Part shown: positions 19,062 through 31,100 of the stretch, one piece after another
Position numbering within the stretch: position 1 is the stretch's first letter
How the letters are laid out: every line of letters starts with the position of its first letter
From: Verrucomicrobiia bacterium
GTDB lineage: Bacteria; Omnitrophota; Omnitrophia; Omnitrophales; Aquincolibacteriaceae
Assembly (NCBI GenBank): GCA_035495615.1
Contig: DATJFP010000051.1
Coordinates: forward strand, 364 to 64,363
Direction of reading: 5' to 3'
DNA: 64,000 nt
The notes under the pieces: model-generated
Seen by the model: only the letters and a program-made list of their open reading frames with translations
Databases searched by the model: none
Told to the model about the DNA's origin: nothing
Program-made: the position numbers and the translations under genes

Positions 19062-19184
19062 AAAAATCTTTCGGATCCTCTTCAGTATCTGCTAGCACGA
19101 AGAAGCAAGACGACGCATCCCTGACCCGTCAAAATCGGGCTCTCTAGGCAGGCGCGGAAACAGTGGGTAAACTCTAACAACCCT

Positions 19185-22100
19185 ATGCGCCTCCTTACGT
19201 TCTGCAAAAAAACAACGGCCCTTTTTCTCTGCGCATCCCTGCTGCTTTCCGACGGCTCTCTTTATGCCGCGGCCACGGCCACGCCGTCCCAAGAGCTCGC
19301 GTTCCGGCTTCCCAAAACCTTCGCGGAGGTGCAGGAATCTTTCCGCGGGACTTCGGGGAAAACCATTTTTTATCTCCAGGACGCGCACGATTCGCTGGAA
19401 GCGCAGCGCAACATTGCCCGCAGCATCCGGTTTCTCGTCGAGAAGTACGGCGTGCGCACGGTTTTCGAAGAAGGCTACGAAGGCCCCGTGCCCACGGCGC
19501 GTTACTTCGGCTTCATGAAGGACGCGGCGGCGCGCAAAAAAGTCTCGGATTTCCTGCTCGACAAACTCAGGATCGGCGGCGCGGAGTACGCGCACATCAA
19601 CCGCGCGCACGACTTCAGGCTGATCGGCGCGGATGATCTTGCCAAATACAAAAAGAACCTGGCGGCTTACCGCGAATCCGCGCGGCATCAGAACGAAGTG
19701 GAGCGCGACCTGCGCGCGATTTCCGCCCTCGTCGAAGCGCTCGTCCAGCGCGATTTCCCGAAACCGCTCAAAGACTGGCTGAAGCTCCGCGACCGGCACG
19801 AAGCCGGGCAGGCGGACCTTCTGGATTACGTGAGGCGCGCCGTGAAGATGGCGGAGAATCCCGCGGGCGCGCCGCATCTCGCTCTTCTGGCCGAGGCTCC
19901 GGAATCTTCGGAAGCCGCGGCGGAACTTGCCGCCGTGGAGCCCCGCGCGATTTTCGAAGAGCTCGGCACGCTCGAGCAGGCCATTGCCGCGCCATTCCTG
20001 AAAACGCCCCGCGACCTCGAGCTTTTCCGGTACCGCGAGGCGCTTCACCTGCTGCTGCGGCTGAACCGGAGGGACGTGACGTCCTCGGAGTACGAGGCCT
20101 CGCAGCAGACGCTGGCCGACCTCGACACGCAGAAGCTTGCCGGATTTCTCGCGCGCGAGACCGGAAAATCCCTGGCGCTTTCCAGGGCCTGGGAGAAAAG
20201 CCTGCGGACCGCCTCGCTTTTTTACGAGACCGCGCTCGAGCGCGACGGCGCGGTCGAGGCCGCGCTTTCGAAGTTCCTGCGGGAGCCCGGCGAAAACGCG
20301 GCCGTCCTCGTCTACGGCGGCTTTCACAAAGACAACATCCTCGCCATCCTCAAAAAGCTGGGCGTTTCCTATCAGGTGGCCGCGCCCGCCATTCCCGCGC
20401 CGGATCCGGTGCATGAAAATTATTACCGGCAGCTCATGACGCTCGGCAGCCTCGCGTACGAACGGCCTTTCATGGCCGCGGGCGCGGCTGCGAAAGCCAC
20501 ACGCGCGCCGTCGTCGTTCGTGGAACCGTTCGGCGAAGCCGTGATCGGCGGCCTTTACCGCGCGGCCTCGCGCAATCCCCGCGTTTCCGCGGAGCTTCTC
20601 GACCGCGTGCTGGAAACATCGGGCAAATCCGAACTGCGGCGGCTGGACGACTTCAAGCTCAAGCGGCTGACCTACATCGATCTCGAGGGAGCCGAGATGG
20701 ACGAGCTCCTCGGCATTTACCAGCACATCCGCGAAAGCATGGAAGCTTCCGGCTATGAAGCGCTCGAGGAATTCGGGGACGACAGCCGTTTCCTTCATGT
20801 CGTCGAGAGTTTGAAAGAGACGAGTTACGGCATCACGAACGGGGAAGGCAACCTCGTCGGTTTTGTTTTGAATAACCCCTATCCCGCGGCAGGCGATGCT
20901 TACCTGGGCATCGAGCTCATCGGCATCGATCCGGAATATCAGCGGGAAGGATTTGGGCGCCGTCTTCTCGCCATGAGCCAGGTGCTCGGACGCAAGCTCG
21001 GGAAAAAGGCGCTCGCGATCGACGTGGATCCGCAGAATCTTCCGATGATCCGGCTTGCCCTCGGATTCGGTTTTCATTTCGTGGACCGGAACTGGAGGCG
21101 CCGGCGTTACGCGGGCATGATCAAGAACATTCCGCCGCTTAACGGCCACGACTCCAAAGCCGGCCGCGCGGAACTCCGCACCGGTGCCGATGCACCGGTA
21201 CAGCCAAACATTCCGCGCGCCGAACGCGCGGAATTGCGCCGCCTCAACGAGGCCCATACCGCCGCTGTCGTATCGATTTCCGATCTCGACGACGACGAGA
21301 CAGACGGCTTGCTGGGAGTTTATCAAGGCATCCGCGAAAATATGCTCCGCCAGGGCTTCGAACCTTATCAGGAATTTCAGGACGACGAAATGTTCGTTTC
21401 CGAAATGGAGAGGCTGGAGGAGGCAAGTTTCGCGGTGACGGATCAAGACGGAAACATGGCCGGCTTTATTTTGAACGATCCCGAGCCCGATGTGGGAGAG
21501 CAATATCTCGAAGTGGAGCTGATGGGCGTCGATCCCGGCCAGCGCCGGCAGGGCCACGCGCTCCAGCTTCTGGCCGCGAGCCAGTCGCTTGCCCGCCGGT
21601 GGGGAAAAACGGCGCTGTGGCTGGAAGTCGAGGCCAGCAACACTTCGGCCATCCGGCTTTATAAAGGCTTCGGCTTCAAGACCGCGGGCCGCGGCGAAGA
21701 GTCCGGTTACATTGTGATGAAGAAATACCTCCGGCATCACGCCCACGGCCAGCGTGAGGACAGATTCCGCGCGGAGCTGCGCTCGATCTATGAGCCCTGG
21801 CTTTTGAAACTGGCGGCCGACGCGCGTGTCGGCGTGAGGGATTTCGAAAGCACGGGCAAAGGTTTTCTCAAAATGACCGCCCAGCCGTTCGCGGACGGCG
21901 TGGTCGCGGCGTTTCCGGCGGATGCGCGGGGAAAAGTTTTTGTCGCGGGAAGCGGGCAGGGCCTTTTCGAAGTGAAGCTCGCGAAGGAGCGCCCGGGACT
22001 CTCGATTTTCGGCGTGGAATACGATCTCGGGCTTTTGGGCGACAGCCAGCGAATCGCGGCAAAGGCCCAGGAGCAGAAAATCATCAATCCCGGGCAGGTT

Positions 22101-25100
22101 ATTTTTCAGGGCGGCGACTTCAACGGCGCGGAATTCGGCGCCCGCATTGCCGAAGCGGATTATGTTTACTACTACGACGGCGGCACGAAAAAACCGGACG
22201 ACCTGGCGGAAACGCTTATCCGTTCCATGAAACCGGGCGCGCGCCTGATCGTGTTCGGTTCGCAGCGCTGGGAGCCGGATTTTGTGGACGCGCTGCGCCG
22301 CTCGGGCTCTTTCAAGCTCGAAACCGATGATCGTCCGGTTTATGTGCTCCTCCGGGAAGACCAGCCGTGGAAAACCGAAAACCGCGCTGAGCTCCGCTCC
22401 GGCGTCCCGCAGTGGCTGGAAGAGCTGATGCGCGAAAAGGGCATCGCGCTGCGGGCCGACGAAAGCACGGAGGCCGGAATTCTCGTGCCCACGGCGGGCC
22501 AGGCCGCGGCGCAGGTCATCAGTGCCGTGCCGGAAAAAACAAAGTTGAATATTTTTGCCGCGGGAAGCGGGCAGGGGATTTTCGAGCTGCAGCTTGCCAA
22601 AGAAAGGCCGGACGCGGAAATCTTCGGCGTCGAATATCATCTGGGCGCCCTCGGTGAAAGTCAGGCCCTTGCGGAAGAAGCAGAGAAAAGAAACCTCATC
22701 AAACCGGGGCAGGTCCAATTCGCAGGCGGGAATTTCAACAAGCCCGACTTTGCCGGCCGCATCGCGCAGGCGGACATTGTTTATTATTTTGACCAGGGAA
22801 CGAAGTTCCCCGAAGAATTCGCCGAAACACTTCAGCGTTCCATGAAAGCCGGCGCCCGCCTCATCGTCCTGGCCGCGGGCTCACGGGAGCCGCATCTTTT
22901 GGATGCGCTGCGCCGCTCGCTGGCGTTCGAAACGGAAAGCGCGGCCCATCCCGTCTATGTTCTCCGCCGTCTTGAAGCCGAAGGAGATGCCGCGCAAGGC
23001 CGCGCGCTTCTGAGGCAGTGGATGAAAAACGCGCCCGCCCTTCTCGAGCGTCCGGCGCTGGGCGCCGTGGTCGCGCTGCCTCCCGCGGGCACGAAACTGG
23101 ATGCCGATCCGGCGCGCCATGAACTCATGATGACGGCGCTTGTGGAGCGCCTCGTCGAAATCTACCGCGGCAATTTCCCCGATGCCTCTCCCGAAGAGAG
23201 AACGCCGGAGCATTGGCGCAAACAGCTGGAAGACCCGGACCTGCGCCTGCTCCTCAAAGTCGACACGCAGGGCCGCATCGAGGGCATGCTGGTGGCGCAA
23301 AATTGGGGAGTGGAACGCCCCACGCTGATGCTGAAAACCGTGGCGGTCACGTTCGAAGAGCAGCTGAAAAAGAAGGGGGCCATGCTCCTGGATGCTTTCC
23401 TGCGCGAAGTGCACGCGGCGGGCCTTGCCGCGGACATCTGGTGGCTGACCAACTTCAGGGTGATCTCGCTTTATAAAACCTATTTGTCCCGCCGCGGCAT
23501 TCCCTTTCGCTTTGATGATTACAACAAGTTCGAAGTCTCGGTCAAGGATCTGCGGGACTTCGTGAAGTCCAGCCGCTTTCCGCCTCCGAAACAGCCCGGC
23601 GATGTCGAGGCCCGTCTCGCCAAAAGAGTGCAGATCTGGGAAAAGACATATACGCTGGCCCACGTCGTGCGCGCGCTCGAGCACCGCTCAGGCCAATGGA
23701 GGCTGGGGCCCGCGATGTTCGAAGAGCTCGGCGAGGAAGACAAGGTCCTTGTCCTGGCCGCGCTTTCCGGAGAAACCCGCCGGCGTCTGGATTTTAATCT
23801 TTTGATCCAGGAATCGTGGGACGACGCCATCGCCCAGGCCGGCGGCGACGCGGGCAAAGCGCTGACGGCCCGCGAAAACGGCGCCGCGCTGCGGAAACTT
23901 TTGAGCACCCAGGTCTTCGAGGTTGGAAAACGTTTCGATGCGACCGGCATCGAAAACGGGTTCGACGACCTGGCGCAGATCATGCTGGAAGGCAAGGTGC
24001 GCTCGGACCATCACGGCTCTCTTATCGGCCATGCTCAATTCGGCGACACGGCCTCCGGGCTGCACGGCCCGCTCTACGTTGTGTTCAAAAAACGGACCGC
24101 GGATGAAACCTGGCGCGAAAGGGACAACCACCTTTATTACCTCGTTCCCGAATGGAGCGACGCGCGCGCCTACGTGATCCTGCTCCAGAAAGCCGCGGCG
24201 CGCCATTTGATTCTGCCGGAGCTCGCGGCCTCGATCGCGCAGAAAATCATCACCTACCGGCAGTTCGTGGACCGGAATTCAGAGCTGCGTTCCGCGGACC
24301 GGCGTTTGTCTCTGGAAGAAATTCTCGGGCCGGAACACGTTCAAATCATGGACCGCTTTTTCGCCGAAGGCTATTGGATCGAGCTCGAAGGCGCCGGCCG
24401 TGAAAGAAAGGTTCTTGTTCACCATCGTGATCCTTCGAAATTCCGCGCCTACCAGGAGCCGCCGGGAAAATATTCCCTCGTCGAGGCAGAAAATGGGACA
24501 GCCCAGCTCAGCGGCATTTATCCCGGCCTTCCTCAAAATACCCAATTCGGCCGCATTTTCATCGCGTTGTCGCTGCTCATGCTTTATGGGGACCGCGAGG
24601 CGCGCAAAATTTTTGAAATCCATGCTATCCAGAGCAAGACTTTGGCCGGAAGCCTGCAGAAGCTCGGGGCCTTCGGAACCGCATCGATCTACCCCGCGGC
24701 CGCGCACGGCGCCTATGCCGATGTCGCCATCCGCGGAAGCGTGCCATTAATCGACGAGGCCGGAGCCGCCGAGATCCGCCGGCGGAATGACCGCAATAAA
24801 TCTGCCGGGGAACAGCAACACCCCGAATTGCGCGGGTTGGAAGAGGTTCGCGCCTATCTGGACAGCCGGCCGCACGCGGTTTGGTATGCAAGCTACGACG
24901 AAGCCGGGCAGGAATCCGTCGAGTACGTGAATCCTGCGTTCGCGAAAATATTCGGCACCACCGCGGAGGACATCCTCGCCAAGAAGACGTATGCGGCGAT
25001 CAACCCTCCGGGTGCGCCCATCGACAAGTACAAGGCCGACGACCGGAAGGCGATGAAACGCGGCCTGTTCGCGGCGCGCGAAGGCGAGCCCGCCGTTACG

Positions 25101-28100
25101 GTGGTGAAAATCAAAATGGGAAAAGGCGTTTTGGGCATGTTCACGCCGGCCGCGTCCAAGGGAAAGCTTTCCTTTAAGAATCTGGAGCCGGAACTTGCCG
25201 AAACCCTGAGAGAATTCAATTACACTTCCGGAACTTTCCTCACGCGCCGCGAAAAAAAGATGATCGAGCATTCCTATCATAACGGCTTCCTGCGGCAGGG
25301 GGACGTCCCGAGTCGCCCGCTCTGGCTTTTCGGCGAGCATGAAGCGGTCATGCCGTTCGTGGCCAGTCAGTTCGGAGAATCAGAAGTGCCCGTCGTGGCG
25401 CCGGAACTTTACCGCGATAAGCGCGTTCTCGTGGCCCCTGGCTACGGTAATCTTCCATTCCTGGTGCGGATGCTCGGCGCGCGCGAGGTCGTGGCTGTTG
25501 ACAGTGATCCCGTGACGATCGCCTGGCAAAAATTGAAATGGAAAACCGGCGGCCGTGACGCGATGCAATGGCTTTTTACTTACGAGCATTCCGGGTCCAT
25601 CCCGCGCATGCATCATCGCGGGACCTGGTATGCCAGGCTCAACCGCCCTCAGGCGGCGGACGTGATGACCGGGCTTTCTTTTTATACGGACAACGTCCTG
25701 AAGCCTCTCGGCCGCGGCAAATTCGATTTGATCGTGACGCCTTATTTGTTCGGATTCCCGGGCGGCCTTGACATGGAAGAGCTGGCCAATCAGGCCCTGG
25801 ACAATTTCCGGGAAAGCCTGGCCGAAGGCGGCCGTATTCTGATCCTGCCGGGAAAAATCGAATCAGCTCAGATTGCGGAAAGCCGCTCGAAAGATATTTT
25901 TCAGCACTACCAGGAATGGCTGGAAGGCCTGAAGGCCAAAGGCTGGGATGTGCAGTACAGCGAGGCTTACCCGTTTTATGATTTCAGCCAGGGGAATGTC
26001 CAGGGCCGCTACGCGATCCTGACGCCTCCGAAATCCGAGCTTCGAGCGGCGCAGACCGCGCTCGAATTGAAGGGCTTCGACGACAGAGCGCCGCTCTGGG
26101 CTTTTCTCATGGCCTTCGGCATCGACCCGGCGCGGGCACGCGTGAAGCCTCTCGAGGATAAATGGGGACGCGTGGAAGTCGCGCAAGACGCAGTGTTCGG
26201 CGTGCCCGCGGGCAAGCCGCTTCAGGATGCCGTCTACGAAAGCGCCATGGGCATTTTCGGCGAACGCGAGATCGAGCCGCTGTTGGAAAAGAACGGGCAC
26301 TCGAAGGAAACGGCCCTCAACTATCTTTATCTTCTGACCTATGAAAATAAACCCGCGGCGCTGGTCTGGGCCATTCCGGGCGCGCCGTTTTCTCCCATCC
26401 CGTTTTATTCGTTTACCGTCCAGAGCCAGGCGTCTTTCTGGCAGAGTCCGGGCGGGGGACAAGCTCAAACTTTCGCTGACGCGCGTCTCGAGGAGTTCAT
26501 CCGCCGGCACCACAAAAAAGATTACGGCAAAAACCCTGTTCTGCAGGGAGGCATCCCTCTTGATGCGGCCAATAACGGCATCCGCGGGATTCCCTGGCTT
26601 CAATTGAGGGAATTCAAAAACGGCGTAGTCCTTCCGACCGTATTTACCCTGGACCATGATTCGACACAGGATCTTTGGACGTTCGTGCAGCGCGTCGAAA
26701 GTTTGGGGATCGTCAGCCTGGCCGGCAAAACGGTCTCCGAAGTGGGCGCCGGCGCGGGATGGCTCGGCGCGCAAGCCGCTTCGCGCGGCGCGCAGGCCGC
26801 GCTTTACGATTTGACTCTTATCAAGGCCGCAAGCGCGTGGCTGACGGCCAAACGGAACGGTGTCGCGGACAACGTCTCTTCTTTCCGCTCGAAGGACGCT
26901 TCCATCCTGCCGCCCAGCGATCTTTATCTGTGGAACATTCCCGATTTTTCAAATCAAGCCCCCGATCTTTCCAAGGGCGGGCCCATGACGCAGAATGACA
27001 ACATCGACGTCAACAACCGCGTCAGGCCGGAAGACGTCGAAAAAGTTTTCCGCGAAGTGCGCGCCAAGGCCAAGCCGGATTCGCTTTTTGCCGTGCGCAT
27101 TAACACCAAGGACAAATCCGCGTTCCGGCATTTGGCACGGGCCGCGGGATGGGAAATTCATCCCCGTGAATTGGACATCGATACCAAGGATTTGGCCGGC
27201 GGCCTGTATTTTGTGCTTCAGCCTTCGCGTCCGGAGCCCAAGGACATTCGAGCCGTGCTCCGCCAGGCAAAATCCGTAGAGGATTATGCGGGCTTGGGCC
27301 GCATGGTCGACGTGGAAGAGGTTCTGCGCCTTCTCCCGCTCGAGGAAGAAAGGCAGGCGCTCGGCAGCGCGCTTTTTGAGGTGAGTAAGACGGCGTTTGA
27401 AATGGACGTGGACGAGGACTTCGTGCCCGTGCCCCTGGTTTCCGATGCTTCTGCGCGGCGCTTCTTTTTCGTGGATGATACGGGCTCGATCACGGGATAT
27501 GTGAAGTTCCGCGTCAAAGAGGGCGAAGCCTTTCTCGATGACATCGAGACGCTGAAGATCACGGACCGGAAGCCCGGACGCGGGCAGATCCTGATGAACT
27601 ATGCATTGCGCCAGATGAGAAAGGAAGGGTTCGGCCGCGTGATTTTATATCCCACGGAAAAAGCGATGCCCTTTTACGACACTTATGCTCAGGCGCGCGG
27701 CCTGGTTTTCGGCCTGGTCGATCCGCTGCATGACCGCTACAAATTTTTCATCGATTTCTCCGGCGCGCCGGACACAGCCCTGCAAAAAATCGTCCTCAAG
27801 GAATCCGGCCATCCGGAGCTGCGCGCCGTTCCCGACGAGACTCTGGCTTCGATGCTGTCCGCGGCTTTCGAGCAGGCGTTCCTTGGGCATCAGGCCTTCC
27901 TGGCTCCGGAAGACGAACGGCGTTTCGAAGCCATGCCGGACATCGAAGTGGGCGAGGAAGAAGAGTTCCCGCGCTTTCCGTTCCGTTTCAACGGCCCGGA
28001 CACCGTGCGCGTTTCCCGCTCCTTTCTCCAGATGCTGCAAAATCCCGCGGGCGCCGGCCTCATGCCCGGCCCTGAGTGGCTCCGCGAAACCGCGAGCGTT

Positions 28101-31100
28101 ATCGAAAAGAGGCGGGCCAATCCTCTGTCGGAATACGTTTACAACACCGTGTTCATGGAAGCCTTGAACGCCTGGCGCCGCGCCACGGGCCGTGAGGTTC
28201 CCGAGATGGAAATCATCGAGATCGATCCGGGGCAGTTTCCTCCCTCGGAGCCGGCGGGACAACGAAAAGTCCCGGCGTCCGAAGACCTGGTCAGCGGGGT
28301 GGACGCCATGGTCGCGCGGGTCAATAAGCTTGCCGCAGAAGCCGCGGCGGAAATCGGCAGCGGCACCGTGACCGCTTATTATGATGGAAGCGAAGCGGGC
28401 GCCGTCCGGGTCCGGGGCGGAAAAGTTCCCGAAGGCATGACGCTCGGATGGAAGACCGCGCTTTTCGTGGGCGAGGAGATCGCGGGCTCGGGACAGACGG
28501 ACCGCCTGCCCGAAGCCGACGAATTCCTTCGCGTCACGCGCGAAGGTTCGGCGATCAAAGTGGAGCTGGTGAAAAGCGAACTGCGATCGACGAATGGCGA
28601 AAGCGAAACCGAAATCGAGACGTATGAATTGAAACGCCGAAGCGCGCCGGAGGATGATTTTGCCAAGGTCACGCTTTTTAAGGACGCGTCCGGCGTGATC
28701 CAGGAAGCGTACCTCACGTTTGCCGAGCGCAAGGTCGAGGCCGTGGTCAAACAAAAGACCGTGCAGGCCAAAGAAGTGCGCTGGATCAAGATGGACATCG
28801 AGAAAAAGCAGGCCGTCAATTTCGTGCGCCTGAAGAACGCGAAGAACGAAGTGATCGAAACGCGGCAGTTTCCGCACAAAGATTTGCAGCCGGATTATTT
28901 CGCGGACATTCAGGACGCGGTGCTCGCTCTTTCCGATCAGATCGACGAGCTCAAGGCGCGCCGCGTCGACGGCGACGACCAGAGCCCGGAAGCGCTTTCG
29001 CTCGAAGAATCCCTTCAGGCGCTCGTCCACGTGCGCCGGCTCGTGGGCAATGTTTTCCGCGCGGCGCCGGCGCCGGATTTTGTTTCCATCACGCTCGGGC
29101 CGCACCGCGAAATCAAAGTGCGCCTTATCCAGGACGAAGCCGCGGGCGAACTGCGCGCCGTGTTTCCGTTCTCGGAAGAGCCGGAGCATCACGAACAGCA
29201 TCAGTTCGTCATCACGATCAATCCCCACGCGCAGCCGGCGGTCGCGATTCACATGTACGTCCGCCGCGTCCACGAAGGCGAGCTGATCGATGCGCTCGAC
29301 GTGAGGCCCGGGCCGGGCGAGCCCGCGCACGCGGACACGGGCTTCAGCTTCGAAGACCCGGAAGCGGAAGAAGACCAGGATTACGAACTCAGCATGTCGG
29401 ACATCCAGATGGCGCTCGAAGACTGGTTCGAGAGCCTGCCCGCGGAGCAGCAGACGCCTTTCCTGCGCGAGCGCATTTTCGAAACGCTGGCCTCGCTTTT
29501 CAAGGAATCCGAAGACGCCGCGCCTTCGCGCACGCTTGCCGAACACGCGGCCCTTTACGCGCCGGCCTTTGAATTGATGTCGGCGGCGGGGCGGAAGGAA
29601 CAGATTGTCCGCGAGCTGCGGCTTATCGGGAACCGCGCCAAGGCGCTTTCGGCGCGCGCGAAAAAATACGAATGGCTGGAGAATCTTTCGCTGGTCGCAT
29701 TTCTCCTGAGCGTGCGCCTGGAAGAAGCGAGTGTCAACTTTACCTCACGGCATCCGGAAATCCTGGAAGTGACCGTGGGATTTTTCGAGCAGTTCGGCGA
29801 AGTCTTTCCCGCCCTGACCGAAGACAGCACCCTCCTGGGACGGCTTTCCAAAAATCCGGGGCAGGAATACGAGCTTCTCATCCAGCTCGCGGAGGTCCTC
29901 CGCAATGAATTGCGCGCGGAAGATCTCGACGAGGGCACGCTCCACAAGTGGATCAAGGGCAATTACGTGGGGGATCTGGCGGCCTGGATCCGCGACCCGA
30001 ACGCGGCGCCGGAAGTCCGGCTTGACCGCGCGCGGCGCTACCTTATCGGGGCCGGCCTCATCCCTCATCATGGCGCCGTGCTGTCGGCCGTCGCGGCGGA
30101 GACGGGGCAGCACGTGGAGAATTACGTGTACCGGATGAACGAAGAAATCTTCGATCGCCTGGAAACCATGGCCCGGGAAAAGAAAGGTTACGTTCCCGGC
30201 GTGATTTATTTCAACGACGAAGGCCTGCTGCGGAATTTTTCCGCGCCGCTGGCCGCCTTGCCGGAGGTGCATTCGGAGCTTGCCCAGCGGTTTTTCGGCG
30301 TCGAAGGCATCAAGCTTCTGCGCGAAGTCCTGCCGCCGCAATCCGAAGAACACTGGTGGAATACTCTGGGGACCCTTGAAAATCCCGAGGGCATGCGGCA
30401 GTGGATTCTGGACACGCTCGTGCCGTCTTTGCGCGAAGCCAATCGCCGGAAATTTCGCCCGGAACTGCGCTCCGCGAAAAGTGAAACCGCGGAGGCGGAT
30501 TTCGAAGCGTCGGTCCGGAAATTCGCTTCTCTTGTGCGCCGCGATACCATCCTGGCTCTGGGTGAAAATCCCGACGACGAGAAATCCATGCTGGAATGCC
30601 CGATGTGCGCCATGGCGACGCCGCTGATAAATAATCTGGCGGCCGAATTTTTCAAGAACGATCCCGCCGTCAAGGTTGAAAGCTGGGGCGGGCTGGTGAG
30701 GCAAGCGGGCTCCGAAGGGCAGGCGAATCCGCCTTCCTTTTTCCATTTCTGGACGGAGATCGAACGGGAAGGAAAACGTTTTTACGTCAGCGTGATGGAC
30801 GGCCAGATGGGCGTGAGGGAATGGGCCTTGGGACCGAACGTGACCGAGCTTCCGGCCGGAGACGGCAAATACGAATTCTTGAAAAGTTCCGGATGGCGAA
30901 TCGTCATGGCTGAAAAACAGGACATGATGCGCATCTACCGGTTTGTCGCGCGGCTTTCGAATCTCCAGCATTTCGAAGACGCCGGAAGCCCTCTCCACAG
31001 CGCCGAAGCCGTGCGGGACCACTTGGGGCGGATGGCTTCGCTGTTGATCAAGGAAGGTATTTTCCAAGGCAAGACGGAACTTCGCACTGCCAGAAACAAA

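Noticed and set aside
19092-22718. 1208-aa minus-strand ORF antisense to the 5' part of the giant gene. Similar long antisense ORFs at 27645-29546 and 29745-31628.
   Set aside because: Arg/Ala/Gly/Pro-rich composition with no motifs, typical of GC-driven antisense open frames. The sense strand has a 12.5 kb frame with real domain motifs.
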